This document shows positions 25,301 to 35,689 of a stretch of 64,000 nt of DNA, piece after piece. Position 1 is the first letter of the stretch; each line of letters opens with the position of its first letter. Source of the DNA: Nemertoderma westbladi (taxonomy: Eukaryota; Animalia; Xenacoelomorpha). The DNA lies in NCBI GenBank assembly GCA_032718475.1, contig JAUCBJ010008112.1, positions 1 through 64,000 of the forward strand. The letters are read 5' to 3'. The notes under the pieces are model-generated. The model was not told the origin of the DNA, did not search any database, and saw nothing but the letters and a program-made list of their open reading frames with translations. Both the position numbers and the translations under genes were made by a program.

Positions 25301-28300
25301 GAGTGGAGGAAGGTCGAATACCAGCGAGAGGAGCGGGGAGGATTCTTAAAATTAGAAGATGTGTACCTTTTAATATCCAGGGAGGCGGTAGTAGAAACTC
25401 GATCTAACTACACCGACCAGCACATCGTGGCAGAAGGAATCACACTGCCATCCTCTAACCGACAAAAACCCCAGACAACATCCACTAAGACGGCCACTTA
25501 CGCCACACCGACGGAATCACGACAATTCTCAGACGGTAATAGAGTATCTGCGCCCATTGGGACGAAACAGACGAGACAGCAACTCAGCACCGACTTCAGT
25601 GGCTGCCAATACTGCGAGCATCTAGGTAAGCGGTATATCGGTCACAAGTTACGAGGTTGTCGACAATTTCGCGAGTTGAACTCGGAAGAACGACGGCTGC
25701 AAATACGGCCACTGGACTCTTGTTGGCGGTGTACGCGACACGGACACGTCCGTAAAGACTGCCCAAATACCGACACTTGTCCATCCTGTGGACGCAATCA
25801 CGACGGTCTGCTCCACACAGACAGCCACACGCCGACGAAACGCTTCGCCAGGGAACACCCGGAAGCAGCAGCGAGATGTGATGCGGCTTACCAAAAACGA
25901 GAATCAAAAACGACTCCAACCTTCGTGACCCATATTGAGGATTGCTTCTCAGAACAATCCGGATCGTCGGATGAAGAATCAGAAGACGACGATGAATATT
26001 CCAATGGAGACGAACAACCGTCGATCGCGCTCCTGACTACTGATCAACTGAAGGGATTCAGTGTAATCCCGATTAAGGTTACTGGCACAAAGGGGAGCAA
26101 GAGGATCTATGCGATTCTAGATTCAGCCTCATCCCATAGCTACGTGGACGAAAAGATAGCTGACGTCGTGACGGATCTAAAACAAGGTAAGCACGTCAGT
26201 TATACAGTAAGTAGTATGCACGGACAGCGTGCAATACCAGTGACACGAGTCAAGTTAAACTTAGACTCTCTTCTTCCAAAATCGCAACACAGCGAGAGGG
26301 AGAGGTCTTTGTTGCCCTTTAGAGATCTAACCTTTGCGGCTACGAAGGACTTTAGTAACCTACTAGGTCCAGTACCGGAACAATCTCTAGAGGACCGTAA
26401 GTATTTCAGACACCTTGGTGTACCCGAATGTCCTGTCAATTATAGATCGGTAGCAATGCTGATCGGGACAGACCAATTCAACCTACATCAGGTGTGGGAA
26501 ACCAGACCATCGGCAGTTGTAGCGGGAAACGCATACGCCTGCAGAACGCCGATAGGGTGGTATACTCGAGCGCCTGTGCGCACACTAGACGTAAGTGACG
26601 AGGAAGACGATGTACAGAGTACATGTAGTTTATTAACTACAAATTCAATTCATTCCTTTTCACACGACGTGAACCATACTACACTACAGTCGACAAAACA
26701 CGACAGACGTGTAACTAGTATGATAAGTCACAAGGAGCAGCTAACCCACAAGGTGAGTTTAGAACTTGGGGAGAAGACGAGTCAGCTGGAGATTCCATCG
26801 ACGACAGATGATAGGCTTGCGAGTCTACCTACCCCAATAACCTCAACAGTGCCCGTCGATATCGATGATGACGCGTTGAGAAATCATCAGTTGGAACAAG
26901 CCGCCTTGGACAAAGAATTAACGGAGAAGACTATCAGGTGGTTAGAACAAGATACAGCTGAACCTGGTAGCTACGAACCTTGTATGTCGGAACAGGAGAA
27001 ACAATCTCTGAAGATCATGGAAGATACTATCCGCCAGACGAAAGACGGACATTATGAGGTAGGGATGTTATGGCGTAGCCAAAGTCCTAAACTTATAAAC
27101 AACTATCCACTGGCTTTAAGACGTCTACACTCAATACGGCAACGTCTATTGAAGGACGAGAAAGCCCATCTGCAGTATAACACTCAGATGGAGACGTATT
27201 TGACAAAGGGATACGCTATCCGAATGACTAACCCGGAGCGAGTGACCGACCAGACGTACTACTTGCCACATCACTACGTGAGACACCCCGACAAACCAGA
27301 CAAAGTACGTGTAGTCAATGACTGTGCGGCTCTGTTTGAGGGAATGTCCCTCAATAGTGAGTTGATGGATGGACCGAACATGAATAATTATCTTATGGGG
27401 GTGATTATGCGCTTCCGTCAGCGTCAAGTAGCCTTTACTTGCGACGTTGAAGCGATGTTTCACCAAGTAAAAGCGTTAGAGCGAGACAGAGACAGTTTGC
27501 GGTTCCTCTGGTATCCGGAAGGAGACTTAAGCCTACCACCAGCGACTTACCAAATGCAAGTTCGCGTTTTCGGTGCCAGAGACAGCCCAAATTGTACGAT
27601 GTACGCCCTAAAGCAAGCCGCTAGGGATCAGAAACATCTATATGACCCAGAGATAATTAGAATTGTGGAGCGTGACTTTTACGTTGATGACGGATTACAG
27701 AGTTGCGACACAGTAGAACGTGCTACAACAGTAGCACATCAATTACGGGACTGCTTGGCGGGCGGAGGTTTTAACCTCACCAAATTCGCCTCAAACAGTG
27801 CCGAATTAGTAGACTCATTCGGAACTACTGAGCGTGGAGGTGGTGACATAGACCTAGAGTTCGAACCACTACCGACGACTAAGGTGTTAGGGCTCTTTTG
27901 GGACCCAAACACAGACAACTTTCGAGTGAAGGTGAGACTGGACAGTCAAGGGAACACACTGACAAAGAGATCATGCTTGTCAAAATTGAGCCGATTGTTC
28001 GATCCGTTAGGATTCATCAGTCCAGTGATACTGCAAGCCCGCATTTATATGCGCAGTATCTGGAAGGATGGACTAACATGGGACGAGCCGATCTCATCAG
28101 ACCAAGTGGACTTATGGAAGACCTGGGAGGCGGAATTATCTTCGCTAGAGGATTATTTCATACCCAGGGTTTACTTTCCATTGCAAAGTACATTTCCTGA
28201 CAACTTGGAACTACACTGTTTTTCTGACGCCAGTGACAACGGTTTTGGTGTGGCAGCGTACTTACGCAGACAAGTAGAATCAGACGAGTTCGATGTTTCG

Positions 28301-31300
28301 CTCATTACTTCTAAGGCTAAGACCATGCCTACTAAGTATATGACGACACCACGAGCCGAGCTACAAGCCGCAACCCTGTCAACCACCATCGTGAACCTCA
28401 TACAGACAGAACTACAGTCGAGTTTACAGATATTTTATTGGACTGACGCGACGTTGGTTTTATTTTACATAAACAACGACACACTCGAATTCAAGACATT
28501 CGTTGCTAACCGTCGCGCGGAAATTCTAGACCGTTCAATAAAAGGGGATTGGCGACATTGTCCCGGACCACAAAACCCAGCTGATATTGCGTCGCGAGGA
28601 ATGATGCCTGAGGAATTCTGTAAACCGGAGAACAAAGAGTTTTGGCAACACGGACCCCAGTTCTTGCAGAAATCGACACAAGATTGGCCTCCGTTATACG
28701 ACAACAAGTCCAACACTATTCCCAAGGACGCCGAAATCAAGAAACCAAAAAAGGGGAAGACAAAGAAAAAGACGACGGCGGCGAAACTCAAGAAAAAACC
28801 GAAGGCGAAATGGAAAGATATAACTTCAAAGGTCAAGAGAGGAAGACTTGCGAGCCTTTCTACACCAGACATATCGCCAGACGGTCAACCAGACACGTTA
28901 CCAGACGGTCAACCAGACATGTTACTAGACAGCCAACCAGACATTTTGCCAGACATATCACAAAATGTTCCACCAGACGCTAGTAACACACTGACAAACA
29001 GTAAAGCCGCAGTTTCCCTATTGGAGCGGCCTTCTATTGACAAACAACCAGATACGTTACTAGACGTATCGCCAGACACATTACTAGACAGTCGACTAGA
29101 CACTAGTAATGTATTGACTAACAATAAAGCCGCAGTTTCCCTATTGGAGCGGCCTTGTATTGACAAACTACCAATTTTGACACACTTGAGCAACCATAAG
29201 CACGGTGAAACCTCATGTATTACAGATGTTAACTACACCCTAATTATGGAGAAAGGGATACAAGGAGAGCCGAGATGGGGATATGATATCCAAGAGGAGG
29301 CAGCAGCACCATTCGAAAGATTTGGAGCCAAGGATTATACTATATTCGGTATAAAAGAATTATCGGAAAGTACAGCGAAACTCGCGAGAACTAAATATGA
29401 CTCGAATGTATTAAAGAGAAGGCAAAACGCATTGAACGAAAGAATCGAAAGTTTGCGCCAAACCTTCAACGAACTTTACCCGTACGATGCTTTGTGTGAT
29501 ACGGGAGACATTAGCGAAGACCCCGATACTGAAATTAGTCGTTTGTATCATACCATGCAATACCTAAAGGCGCACGAACCTATGCCCGCGGTACGCGATG
29601 AATTCGATGGAATGCATCTTTACAGACGAACTCGAGGGGACGATAGAGAAACCAAGGAAGCATTTTCAGTTTATAAACTTTATTATCAATGCGGTTCTTG
29701 TATGCGCGAACAACGAAATGCGATTCCGATGCGTTTGAATAAGGAAAATCCCGAACCGATATTGGCGAGGTGTTCGAATCATCAACAACTACGCTACCAG
29801 GAAGGAGGGTATCCTTTATCGAATCCATATCATTCATTTGCTATGACCGGACCAAAGGCGGGAGAAACTGTCATTTACCCACCTAAGGTTGTTGAACCCG
29901 ATGTATTTGAACTTACGCTGGACGAGGCGAATCAGTCAACCCGCGAAAAGAAAGAAGCTCTTAGCCTATACAGAGCCTACAAGGCTTTCGAGAAAGGTGA
30001 GATGGAAGAATGGGGTGGAAGACTCGCGAGCCTACCTTGCCATTGGACGTCACACGATCAAACTTCAGCTAAGGAGATGACACCGGAAGTTTTCGAGAGC
30101 ATAAACTTTGCTCAAAACGTTATTCAGAGACTACAGATTGCATCCCCGGAGAGGCCAAGAGAAATGCAACCGTATAGTACTTCAACTACGAAACCATTGA
30201 GTACGACACTCAATTTCCCTATTAGTATACCAGTCCGACAGGATACGACGTACGAAATACCCATCGTGGATCATCCAGAAATCATTTCAAACTTGGAGTT
30301 TCTTCCTGCAGTTGTTTTCAGCGATATGAGTAAGATATATGATTTACGTAGACATATTACTCAAAAGGTCGTGCACAACGTTCCACCTCATATTCAAGAT
30401 TTCAAGGAACTGGATAGAGCTGGTGCCGACATAGCTCCGAGTAATCTGAAAGGATATCTAACCAAGACGATTCGTTTATGGATTGGAACCGGAACCTTCG
30501 AGTCGGATACAGATATTGCCGCAGATTGGCGAGGTAAGGTTATTCGTTTCGATGAGGATAAGGATATAGAGAAGATTTGGCAACCTTCGGAAGAATTGTT
30601 GGATGAATGGACTAGGACGTTTAGATCGTTTCAGGAAAACGGTTATATGTTTTACGATAACGAGGGCGGCAGTCATCAGCAGAGTTTGACTTCTAAGACT
30701 ATACAGATTAGAGCGGCGGACGGAGTCCTGCACGTTTTCAGTAGACAGAGGAGCGACAAACGAATGCCGATACCTCCAGCGAATACAAAGCGACACCATC
30801 TTATCACCGATATAGTAAAGAAGATGGACCAAGCTTGTAATATTGACGCTAGAATGCTACCGAAGATGGTAAGAAACATGATTTTAGATAAAACTGTTGT
30901 AAAGGTTGGATCAGGAGTAAGGGAGGATTTAATTAGCGACTTCGCCGGCATGACGGACAGCGATGACCGACTACCGACACCATACGTCGACACTCGACCT
31001 CTTATTCTGTGGTCTATAGAACAGGGATATTTTCGTGAGTATAATACTCAGAAGACTGGAACTGGATACATTTCCTACCTGTTATTCAATTGGGATTATA
31101 AGGAAGGTAAAAGAAACAAGTATATTGAAACTTATGGAGAAGGTGATACTCCAGATATGAGTGAGTTTGAATCACAGCTTAAATGGAGAGGATGCGTGTA
31201 TTGGGCTATTACGTCACCTCCAAGAGCGGTCTTACAATATTATTTAGCAATAGAGTCGTCAGTGAATGTTTGCCTAATCGCCGACATCGTGTCTCGGACT

Positions 31301-31381
31301 CTCAAAAGACATCCACTTTGTCTCGGAGAAGATCATACGTTCTACATGGAAGGGAGAATTCGTACCGACGTGTTTAGATGA
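22343..31381 (+). CDS. Element B polyprotein: Gag (capsid-like domain + 3 Cys/His knuckles) - aspartic protease - RT - RNase H - linker - Zn finger - DEDDy exonuclease
   Basis: 3012-aa ORF. Motifs: PKFSGSSKHW (Pao gag), CWRC..GHVRKDC, ILDSASS (~26120), FYVDDG (~27680), HCFSDAS and NPADIASRG (RNase H), FYDNEGG (30656). No HHCC/DDE integrase motifs seen. Confidence 0.93.
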   Translation: MSDKQDYTKNTQTDYDSCDADKSAAEGQQGKTREPTEPTPCASPVHPTGVPDAVVRGDGRTEDFLTVPQPRYRETDMVSSAGSTESVVRSVGGYMAHITRSIGEGQRILDGLTAPMSRFEFYTLQVRVQSKVYKSVDNLVGLQDLARQRQDMDTQLRILEKLMITREKLIQFKSTIRQIQQEQADQLLGESVSDELLQPEEEQELYRLDGQLKHLTDHLRMCGEDVGDWETVPEYTKETSPVRIESAPGILDQSLVSIRSEICEGSIVTSEVARQQQEFHRQRQEMEEQAQLLVMQAAVEEEKLRVANIARISHLQEQAELEAAEVERLEVDIARQAAAAAAEVERRAAAAELERRNAAAELERQTAAAELQRERLVSEARAEMKTRQIKAQSAIRQAEFEAQRQQTEQREKTVKLHFELEKKARELANAEEDLDQKARDRSMRSRDGHDLDQLEVRHRQIQERKKEGSVGAPGRERQLVKDVCQRFPQVTHMFAPVTSKEPVSIAGSSDISPIHGATEHRFVIPDEFTPPRATSSPIPKVKVSNPPITDRSSLLTGPALLTTKQVSPPSTPKPVTHYAYPMTFRPTRPLDSNAVIRPPNQFTSQSTTSRKTCEPTEQRRTETRPFNHFTSQSTTSRKTCEPTEQRRTETRPFNQFTSQSTTSRKTCEPTEQRRSVDDVPKRNVRIRTTQRTRARRPPYPDDSSTSSESDYPKREVFRTGAADEYKRERSDNSFADNPPQNTPTQKALQPTDAISTQQFADILRPVVNKLAQIEERLEEGYTDSSRNSEFEHNRHPKEPQRPVPSNPTSYQGKAPRRDINQVTNQGRETLNVAEEIAKFAARQGLPVQQPPKFSGSSKHWHTFVDYIESQIAVCAFTSREKFNYLLQTLSGEPKRLAETFVGVPDAFELAYDRLTSIYGGTVSMARSVIEELCKGGAITKPVDLLKLADEIKNAITTLRSIGQLDYGNTPTVLLKIIGRLHHRLRREWRKVEYQREERGGFLKLEDVYLLISREAVVETRSNYTDQHIVAEGITLPSSNRQKPQTTSTKTATYATPTESRQFSDGNRVSAPIGTKQTRQQLSTDFSGCQYCEHLGKRYIGHKLRGCRQFRELNSEERRLQIRPLDSCWRCTRHGHVRKDCPNTDTCPSCGRNHDGLLHTDSHTPTKRFAREHPEAAARCDAAYQKRESKTTPTFVTHIEDCFSEQSGSSDEESEDDDEYSNGDEQPSIALLTTDQLKGFSVIPIKVTGTKGSKRIYAILDSASSHSYVDEKIADVVTDLKQGKHVSYTVSSMHGQRAIPVTRVKLNLDSLLPKSQHSERERSLLPFRDLTFAATKDFSNLLGPVPEQSLEDRKYFRHLGVPECPVNYRSVAMLIGTDQFNLHQVWETRPSAVVAGNAYACRTPIGWYTRAPVRTLDVSDEEDDVQSTCSLLTTNSIHSFSHDVNHTTLQSTKHDRRVTSMISHKEQLTHKVSLELGEKTSQLEIPSTTDDRLASLPTPITSTVPVDIDDDALRNHQLEQAALDKELTEKTIRWLEQDTAEPGSYEPCMSEQEKQSLKIMEDTIRQTKDGHYEVGMLWRSQSPKLINNYPLALRRLHSIRQRLLKDEKAHLQYNTQMETYLTKGYAIRMTNPERVTDQTYYLPHHYVRHPDKPDKVRVVNDCAALFEGMSLNSELMDGPNMNNYLMGVIMRFRQRQVAFTCDVEAMFHQVKALERDRDSLRFLWYPEGDLSLPPATYQMQVRVFGARDSPNCTMYALKQAARDQKHLYDPEIIRIVERDFYVDDGLQSCDTVERATTVAHQLRDCLAGGGFNLTKFASNSAELVDSFGTTERGGGDIDLEFEPLPTTKVLGLFWDPNTDNFRVKVRLDSQGNTLTKRSCLSKLSRLFDPLGFISPVILQARIYMRSIWKDGLTWDEPISSDQVDLWKTWEAELSSLEDYFIPRVYFPLQSTFPDNLELHCFSDASDNGFGVAAYLRRQVESDEFDVSLITSKAKTMPTKYMTTPRAELQAATLSTTIVNLIQTELQSSLQIFYWTDATLVLFYINNDTLEFKTFVANRRAEILDRSIKGDWRHCPGPQNPADIASRGMMPEEFCKPENKEFWQHGPQFLQKSTQDWPPLYDNKSNTIPKDAEIKKPKKGKTKKKTTAAKLKKKPKAKWKDITSKVKRGRLASLSTPDISPDGQPDTLPDGQPDMLLDSQPDILPDISQNVPPDASNTLTNSKAAVSLLERPSIDKQPDTLLDVSPDTLLDSRLDTSNVLTNNKAAVSLLERPCIDKLPILTHLSNHKHGETSCITDVNYTLIMEKGIQGEPRWGYDIQEEAAAPFERFGAKDYTIFGIKELSESTAKLARTKYDSNVLKRRQNALNERIESLRQTFNELYPYDALCDTGDISEDPDTEISRLYHTMQYLKAHEPMPAVRDEFDGMHLYRRTRGDDRETKEAFSVYKLYYQCGSCMREQRNAIPMRLNKENPEPILARCSNHQQLRYQEGGYPLSNPYHSFAMTGPKAGETVIYPPKVVEPDVFELTLDEANQSTREKKEALSLYRAYKAFEKGEMEEWGGRLASLPCHWTSHDQTSAKEMTPEVFESINFAQNVIQRLQIASPERPREMQPYSTSTTKPLSTTLNFPISIPVRQDTTYEIPIVDHPEIISNLEFLPAVVFSDMSKIYDLRRHITQKVVHNVPPHIQDFKELDRAGADIAPSNLKGYLTKTIRLWIGTGTFESDTDIAADWRGKVIRFDEDKDIEKIWQPSEELLDEWTRTFRSFQENGYMFYDNEGGSHQQSLTSKTIQIRAADGVLHVFSRQRSDKRMPIPPANTKRHHLITDIVKKMDQACNIDARMLPKMVRNMILDKTVVKVGSGVREDLISDFAGMTDSDDRLPTPYVDTRPLILWSIEQGYFREYNTQKTGTGYISYLLFNWDYKEGKRNKYIETYGEGDTPDMSEFESQLKWRGCVYWAITSPPRAVLQYYLAIESSVNVCLIADIVSRTLKRHPLCLGEDHTFYMEGRIRTDVFR
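24139..24362 (+). repeat. 81-bp in-frame tandem repeat (about 3 units) in gag
   Basis: NQFTSQSTTSRKTCEPTEQRRTETRPF repeated with period 81 (24171, 24252, 24333). Confidence 0.9.
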
Positions 31382-32971
31382 TTCCTTGAACCCTTCTACA
31401 ACTCTGACGCTCAGTGTAATGCCTTTACTCGAGCAGGATTTAGTATATTTCGAGACGTGTATCTTCGCTGTGCGGGATCTCTTATCGAAAGACCATCTAT
31501 GTTTACATTGTTACCCTATGAAGGAGAACGTATCGTGGAGATTACGGAAGAATCACGGCAGACGCGCGCGCCTATCGGTCACCTTGGTGATGAATTCGAA
31601 GTAACTACTACGATCGCCGACGATCCTTTAGAGGAACTTCTTGAGATAGAAAGGAACCTCCCGAAGAAATCTCAGACGGAGATTCGACAACTTGAAGCAA
31701 CAGATGCTATAGTTTGTATACAACCTTCAGAAACCTACCAACCCATAGACCCAGATGATTATGATTATAGTATGGGAGGAAGCGCTCGACCGATTGGAGA
31801 TCTTATATACGAACGAGTGTGGTACCCTGCCAATACGATGTGTAGTAAATGTGGCGTCGCTGGACATCATATGGCAAAGTGCAGTGGAAAGCACATTACT
31901 ACGACTCAGCTAATCTGTGGATGGTGTGGGGATCAAGGGTCTCATACCTTTTATACTTGCTGGAGATTTATGGCTCAATGTACTTACTGCAATATAAAGG
32001 GACATCGAGCATCTGAATGCCAACTGAGAGACATACCTTATGAACACGAATCTGTAAAACTCGTGAGGAAGTTATTTGATGAGTGGGAAGATTTAGCCGA
32101 CGAACATGTATCGGCACAGAGAAGACGGTTTCCGATGAGAGCGCATCTCGGATTTTGGGCGGTAAATCCCCAGACGATGATGTCGGAAGGATATATCTCC
32201 GCTATGCCCCAATACGACGAACTTATCGAGGTTGTCGATATTTTGCCCCACGACAGCGGATTCCGAGTGGTGCGCGAGTATCTGTTACAAATTCACCCGG
32301 ATAACAAAAACACGTGGAATTTTCAGAAAGTCGTTAATCGGATTACGTATGGTGAATTCGATCGTTTCCGAACTGAAAAACGGAATAAAGGAGCTTGGTT
32401 AACCGTCGCATGGGCGTACCGAGCCGCGTTTTACCACAAACGTATACGAGCGAGCGTATTCGAGGAAGAGGAGGTCCTAGAGGCGACAAATATATCAGCC
32501 ACTCCGGTTGCGCCGTCTGCACGTCACCCTCGGGAGGACGGGCAGGGTAGGATCATACGGGTCCAGAAGGTGGGCCAACAATTAAAGAAAATTATTAATG
32601 TAGAAGAACGCAAGGGAGTTGAGCCGACTATTCGAGTTACTCGGGATACGGTATCACTTCCAAGAGAACCAGTAGGAGGATCGGGACATACACCAGCTGA
32701 TCAACAGGGGGCGCAAGCTACTCTTGGGTCTGCGTCGTCCACTTCTCGCGCGTTCCCAGACGTTCTACCAACTGTAGTGACAACTGATCGGTCACGAGGA
32801 ATCGGTCGAGGTTTTGGGATGCTAAATAAACGAATTTGCGAGGAAATAGTCGCACCATCTCTCAACGTCCCAAGTAAACCAGTGACTCGCCCCACAAGTC
32901 CCATATCGCGAGCAAAGTCACCTGTGCGCAGTTTTCGAGGACGCGGCAGGGCTCGATCCACTAAGCGATAA
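31382..32971 (+). CDS. In-frame continuation of the element B polyprotein past a single TGA: three CCHC fingers + basic tail
   Basis: Same frame as 22343. DVFR*FLEPF...AGFSIFRDV aligns with ECFRRFLTLF...AGFAIFKDV of element A ORF2. Fingers: CSKC..H..C, CGWC..H..C, CTYC..H..C. Confidence 0.85.
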   Translation, partial: FLEPFYNSDAQCNAFTRAGFSIFRDVYLRCAGSLIERPSMFTLLPYEGERIVEITEESRQTRAPIGHLGDEFEVTTTIADDPLEELLEIERNLPKKSQTEIRQLEATDAIVCIQPSETYQPIDPDDYDYSMGGSARPIGDLIYERVWYPANTMCSKCGVAGHHMAKCSGKHITTTQLICGWCGDQGSHTFYTCWRFMAQCTYCNIKGHRASECQLRDIPYEHESVKLVRKLFDEWEDLADEHVSAQRRRFPMRAHLGFWAVNPQTMMSEGYISAMPQYDELIEVVDILPHDSGFRVVREYLLQIHPDNKNTWNFQKVVNRITYGEFDRFRTEKRNKGAWLTVAWAYRAAFYHKRIRASVFEEEEVLEATNISATPVAPSARHPREDGQGRIIRVQKVGQQLKKIINVEERKGVEPTIRVTRDTVSLPREPVGGSGHTPADQQGAQATLGSASSTSRAFPDVLPTVVTTDRSRGIGRGFGMLNKRICEEIVAPSLNVPSKPVTRPTSPISRAKSPVRSFRGRGRARSTKR

Positions 32972-33057
32972 AAGGGAGGGCAAGGGTGGACGGAAGACTC
33001 GTGGGCCTTTCTTATGATTTTGTGATTTATTTGAATTTATATTTATATTTGTGTTTA

Positions 33058-33270
33058 TTCCGAACTTATGCAATTTATATTATTCCGAACTTATGCAATT
33101 TGTATTGTTCCGAATTTATGAAATTTAGAAATAAGAACTTATATTTAGTAAAACTTATATTTAGTAAGAATTTATATTTTATATTTACGTGATTATTTCG
33201 AACCTATGCAATTTATATTATTCCGAACTTATGCAATTTATATTGTTCCGAATATTATGCAATTTATATT
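33058..33270 (+). repeat. AT-rich ~25-bp degenerate repeats in the 3' UTR of element B
   Basis: Recurrent TTCCGAACTTATGCAATTTATATT. Confidence 0.7.
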
Positions 33271-33758
33271 TTATAAGCAGTATTTGTATTTACAGTGAAA
33301 TAGAAAGTTTTATAGATAGAAAATTTTGTGCTCAGAAAGACTCATATTTGTAATTATTCCAAACTTATGCAATCTACATTTAGGTAAGAAAGTATTTGTA
33401 ATTACTTGAATTTATGCAATATTTGGGATGCAATAGTAGATGGAAGACTCGCGAGCCTTTCTTATTGTTTTCATTTATTTGTATTTGTAATTGTTTGAAT
33501 TTATGCAATATCTGAGATGCAATAGATTTATATTGGTGAATTTAATTTAGATTTATATTGTACTTACTTAGTAAAGCCTTAAATACGTAAAGTTTGAATT
33601 TGTAATTATTTTTGTATCGAATCATTACGTAGAAAGGAAGTATTGTTTGAAATTTAATTGTAAATATGTAAGTACGCCCTAAGTATTCTATAGTTTAATT
33701 GATTATTGGTGAAAACCGTATATTTTATGCACGATAATATCCTGTTTTCATGGAGCGG

Positions 33759-35689
33759 TATAGAATTATATTCCCTAAATGCCGTGGATTTTCAAAATTT
33801 TATTTTATTCGGATTAACTTTTGTAAAGATTGCTTTAAGTTCTCATTCGTATTGGTTCTATCATTTGTACATCTATCGGTCAAGTGGTTCAGTAGCTCAG
33901 TTGGTAGAGCGTTGGAAATTATATGTGTAGTAGGTATCGAGATCGAATCCTAGTAAGTGCGAATTATTTTTTGTACAGAATTTCAACTCATTTAAATTAA
34001 CCGCTACAAATTAATTGCATTCGTCTGTACCAATGAGGCTGTAGTTATTTGATTGTAACCAATGTCGTGCAAGTTATATATTAGCTGGACCAATAGCTAT
34101 CTTTAAAACCCCGTTAGAACCCATAGAACAATCGAGAATTTTCTCGATTGATTGCGGCACAAATTTGCTATATAAAGGTGCGATTTGTTCATTAGTTATC
34201 AATCTACACTACTTCAATATTCTCTCAGTTATTTAGTTATCTGATATTTGTTTATTCTGTGCTTAGTTTATTCTCAGATTACATTGTATTATAATTGTAT
34301 CTTCTGTAATAAAGTCAGAATATTCTCTCAGCTTTTCTATCTGTTTTACTATGGATTCACTACGGTGAACAAACTCAGGGACAGGATGGCCGGCTAGAGA
34401 TCGGGCCGCAGCAATGAACGGGAACATCACGGGAATGTAGACGAGAGACAACCCGCAATACCATCTAGAGTTATTCGCCCATCGCCTGAAAGGTTAGACA
34501 GCGTTCGATCCTTGCTACCTAAGTATAAGACCAAAAGATCAAAAGGTAGACGTAGTGACACGCTGTAAGCCCAAAATTACATCATAGGGACTGTACTGTC
34601 TTGATTCAGGAAAACCCACAGTAGACCTTCACATTCCTACGGGGGAGGGAGAGCGCAAGCAGATACTAGTACGCAGATAGGACGTAGGCACACCGGTACA
34701 AGGCATACACATTGGTTAGGGTGCAGCAAACTGTACGCTTAACTCTTGCTAAGTACAGGTGCGCGTGCGACTATTTGCAGTACGACAGTGTCCATTGCAT
34801 TAGAACTTGTAGGCTAGGGGGGTTGCTGTGTTTTCACCTGAATTGGGATTGTACCGTTCAGGCGGTAGGGCAGTTTACGTACTAGGCGCAAATAAATTGA
34901 GGCTATCAGGGATACTAACATCTACCGTGTCCCCGCCAACGCCCTAATAGGAAGTTACCCGGACTACCTGGGTGACTAAAATTCTAGATAGGAGCCAGGA
35001 TAGCTATTAGTACCTGTACGCCTACAGTAGTAAACTAACACATCTCTTCTTAGTATCAGGGACCTGGTACCTAAAATTGCCGAATTCTGGGCGTAGTATT
35101 AACCTTATGCCTGAATTTGAGTCCTGGAAATACGCAAGAGGGGAAGGAACCTTATCATTCGTGAGTATTGGACCTACAAGTTACAAAATTAGAATATTCG
35201 TAAATGCACACCGTACCCAGTAATTATATATGTGAAGGAGCAAAACTGTTTTGACCGTTCAGAATTAACACACGCGCGTTAGAAATTATTTACACCTCGA
35301 AATATATAAAATTAACTTTGTCCGTACTGTGCTTTGCCCGCTAGTTAGACATCTCCAAATCTCTGCCTGTACCTAGCTAGCGTCCCTTTGCCCAACCATA
35401 TAAATCACACCGCGGCAAAGTATACGAGCCCCTTAGTCCGTCAGTGAGTCAGCCTGATTTTAGGATTCGCTGCGCGGGATTTTGTTTTATCGAAGTTTGT
35501 CTGCTCGTAGACTGTTTTCTGCCTCACCGGTTATAAGAGATCAATACTGCAATATATTCGCTTACTTAGAGTTTACTGTTTTGGTGAGAAGGTCGGATTT
35601 ATGATTTGATTTACAAACTTTACAGTAAGATATTGCAGGTATTGTTACCGTCTCTTCCAATAGTAGGAATAGGCGTATCTCTTCAATTA
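33759..35689 (+). repeat. 3' LTR of element B
   Basis: Direct repeat of 19605-21535; preceded by purine-rich GGAGCGG and followed by TTGTC. Confidence 0.96.

Larger units (their letters stand above)
19605..35689 (+). mobile_element. BEL/Pao LTR retrotransposon B, full-length (16,085 bp), no recognisable integrase, nested in element A
   Basis: Paired 1931-bp LTRs; TTGTC at 19600-19604 and 35690-35694; internal gag-PR-RT-RH ORF with BEL/Pao motifs. Confidence 0.95.

Noticed and set aside
31379-31381. Reassigned genetic code (UGA as a sense codon)
   Set aside because: TGA occurs only once in ~3540 codons of B; CGA>TGA mutation is more parsimonious.
19605-35689. Segmental duplication, or a DIRS/tyrosine-recombinase element explaining the missing integrase
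   Set aside because: Direct LTRs with a TSD, an aspartic protease and BEL/Pao RT-RH motifs are present; no tyrosine-recombinase motif or ITR/ICR structure seen.
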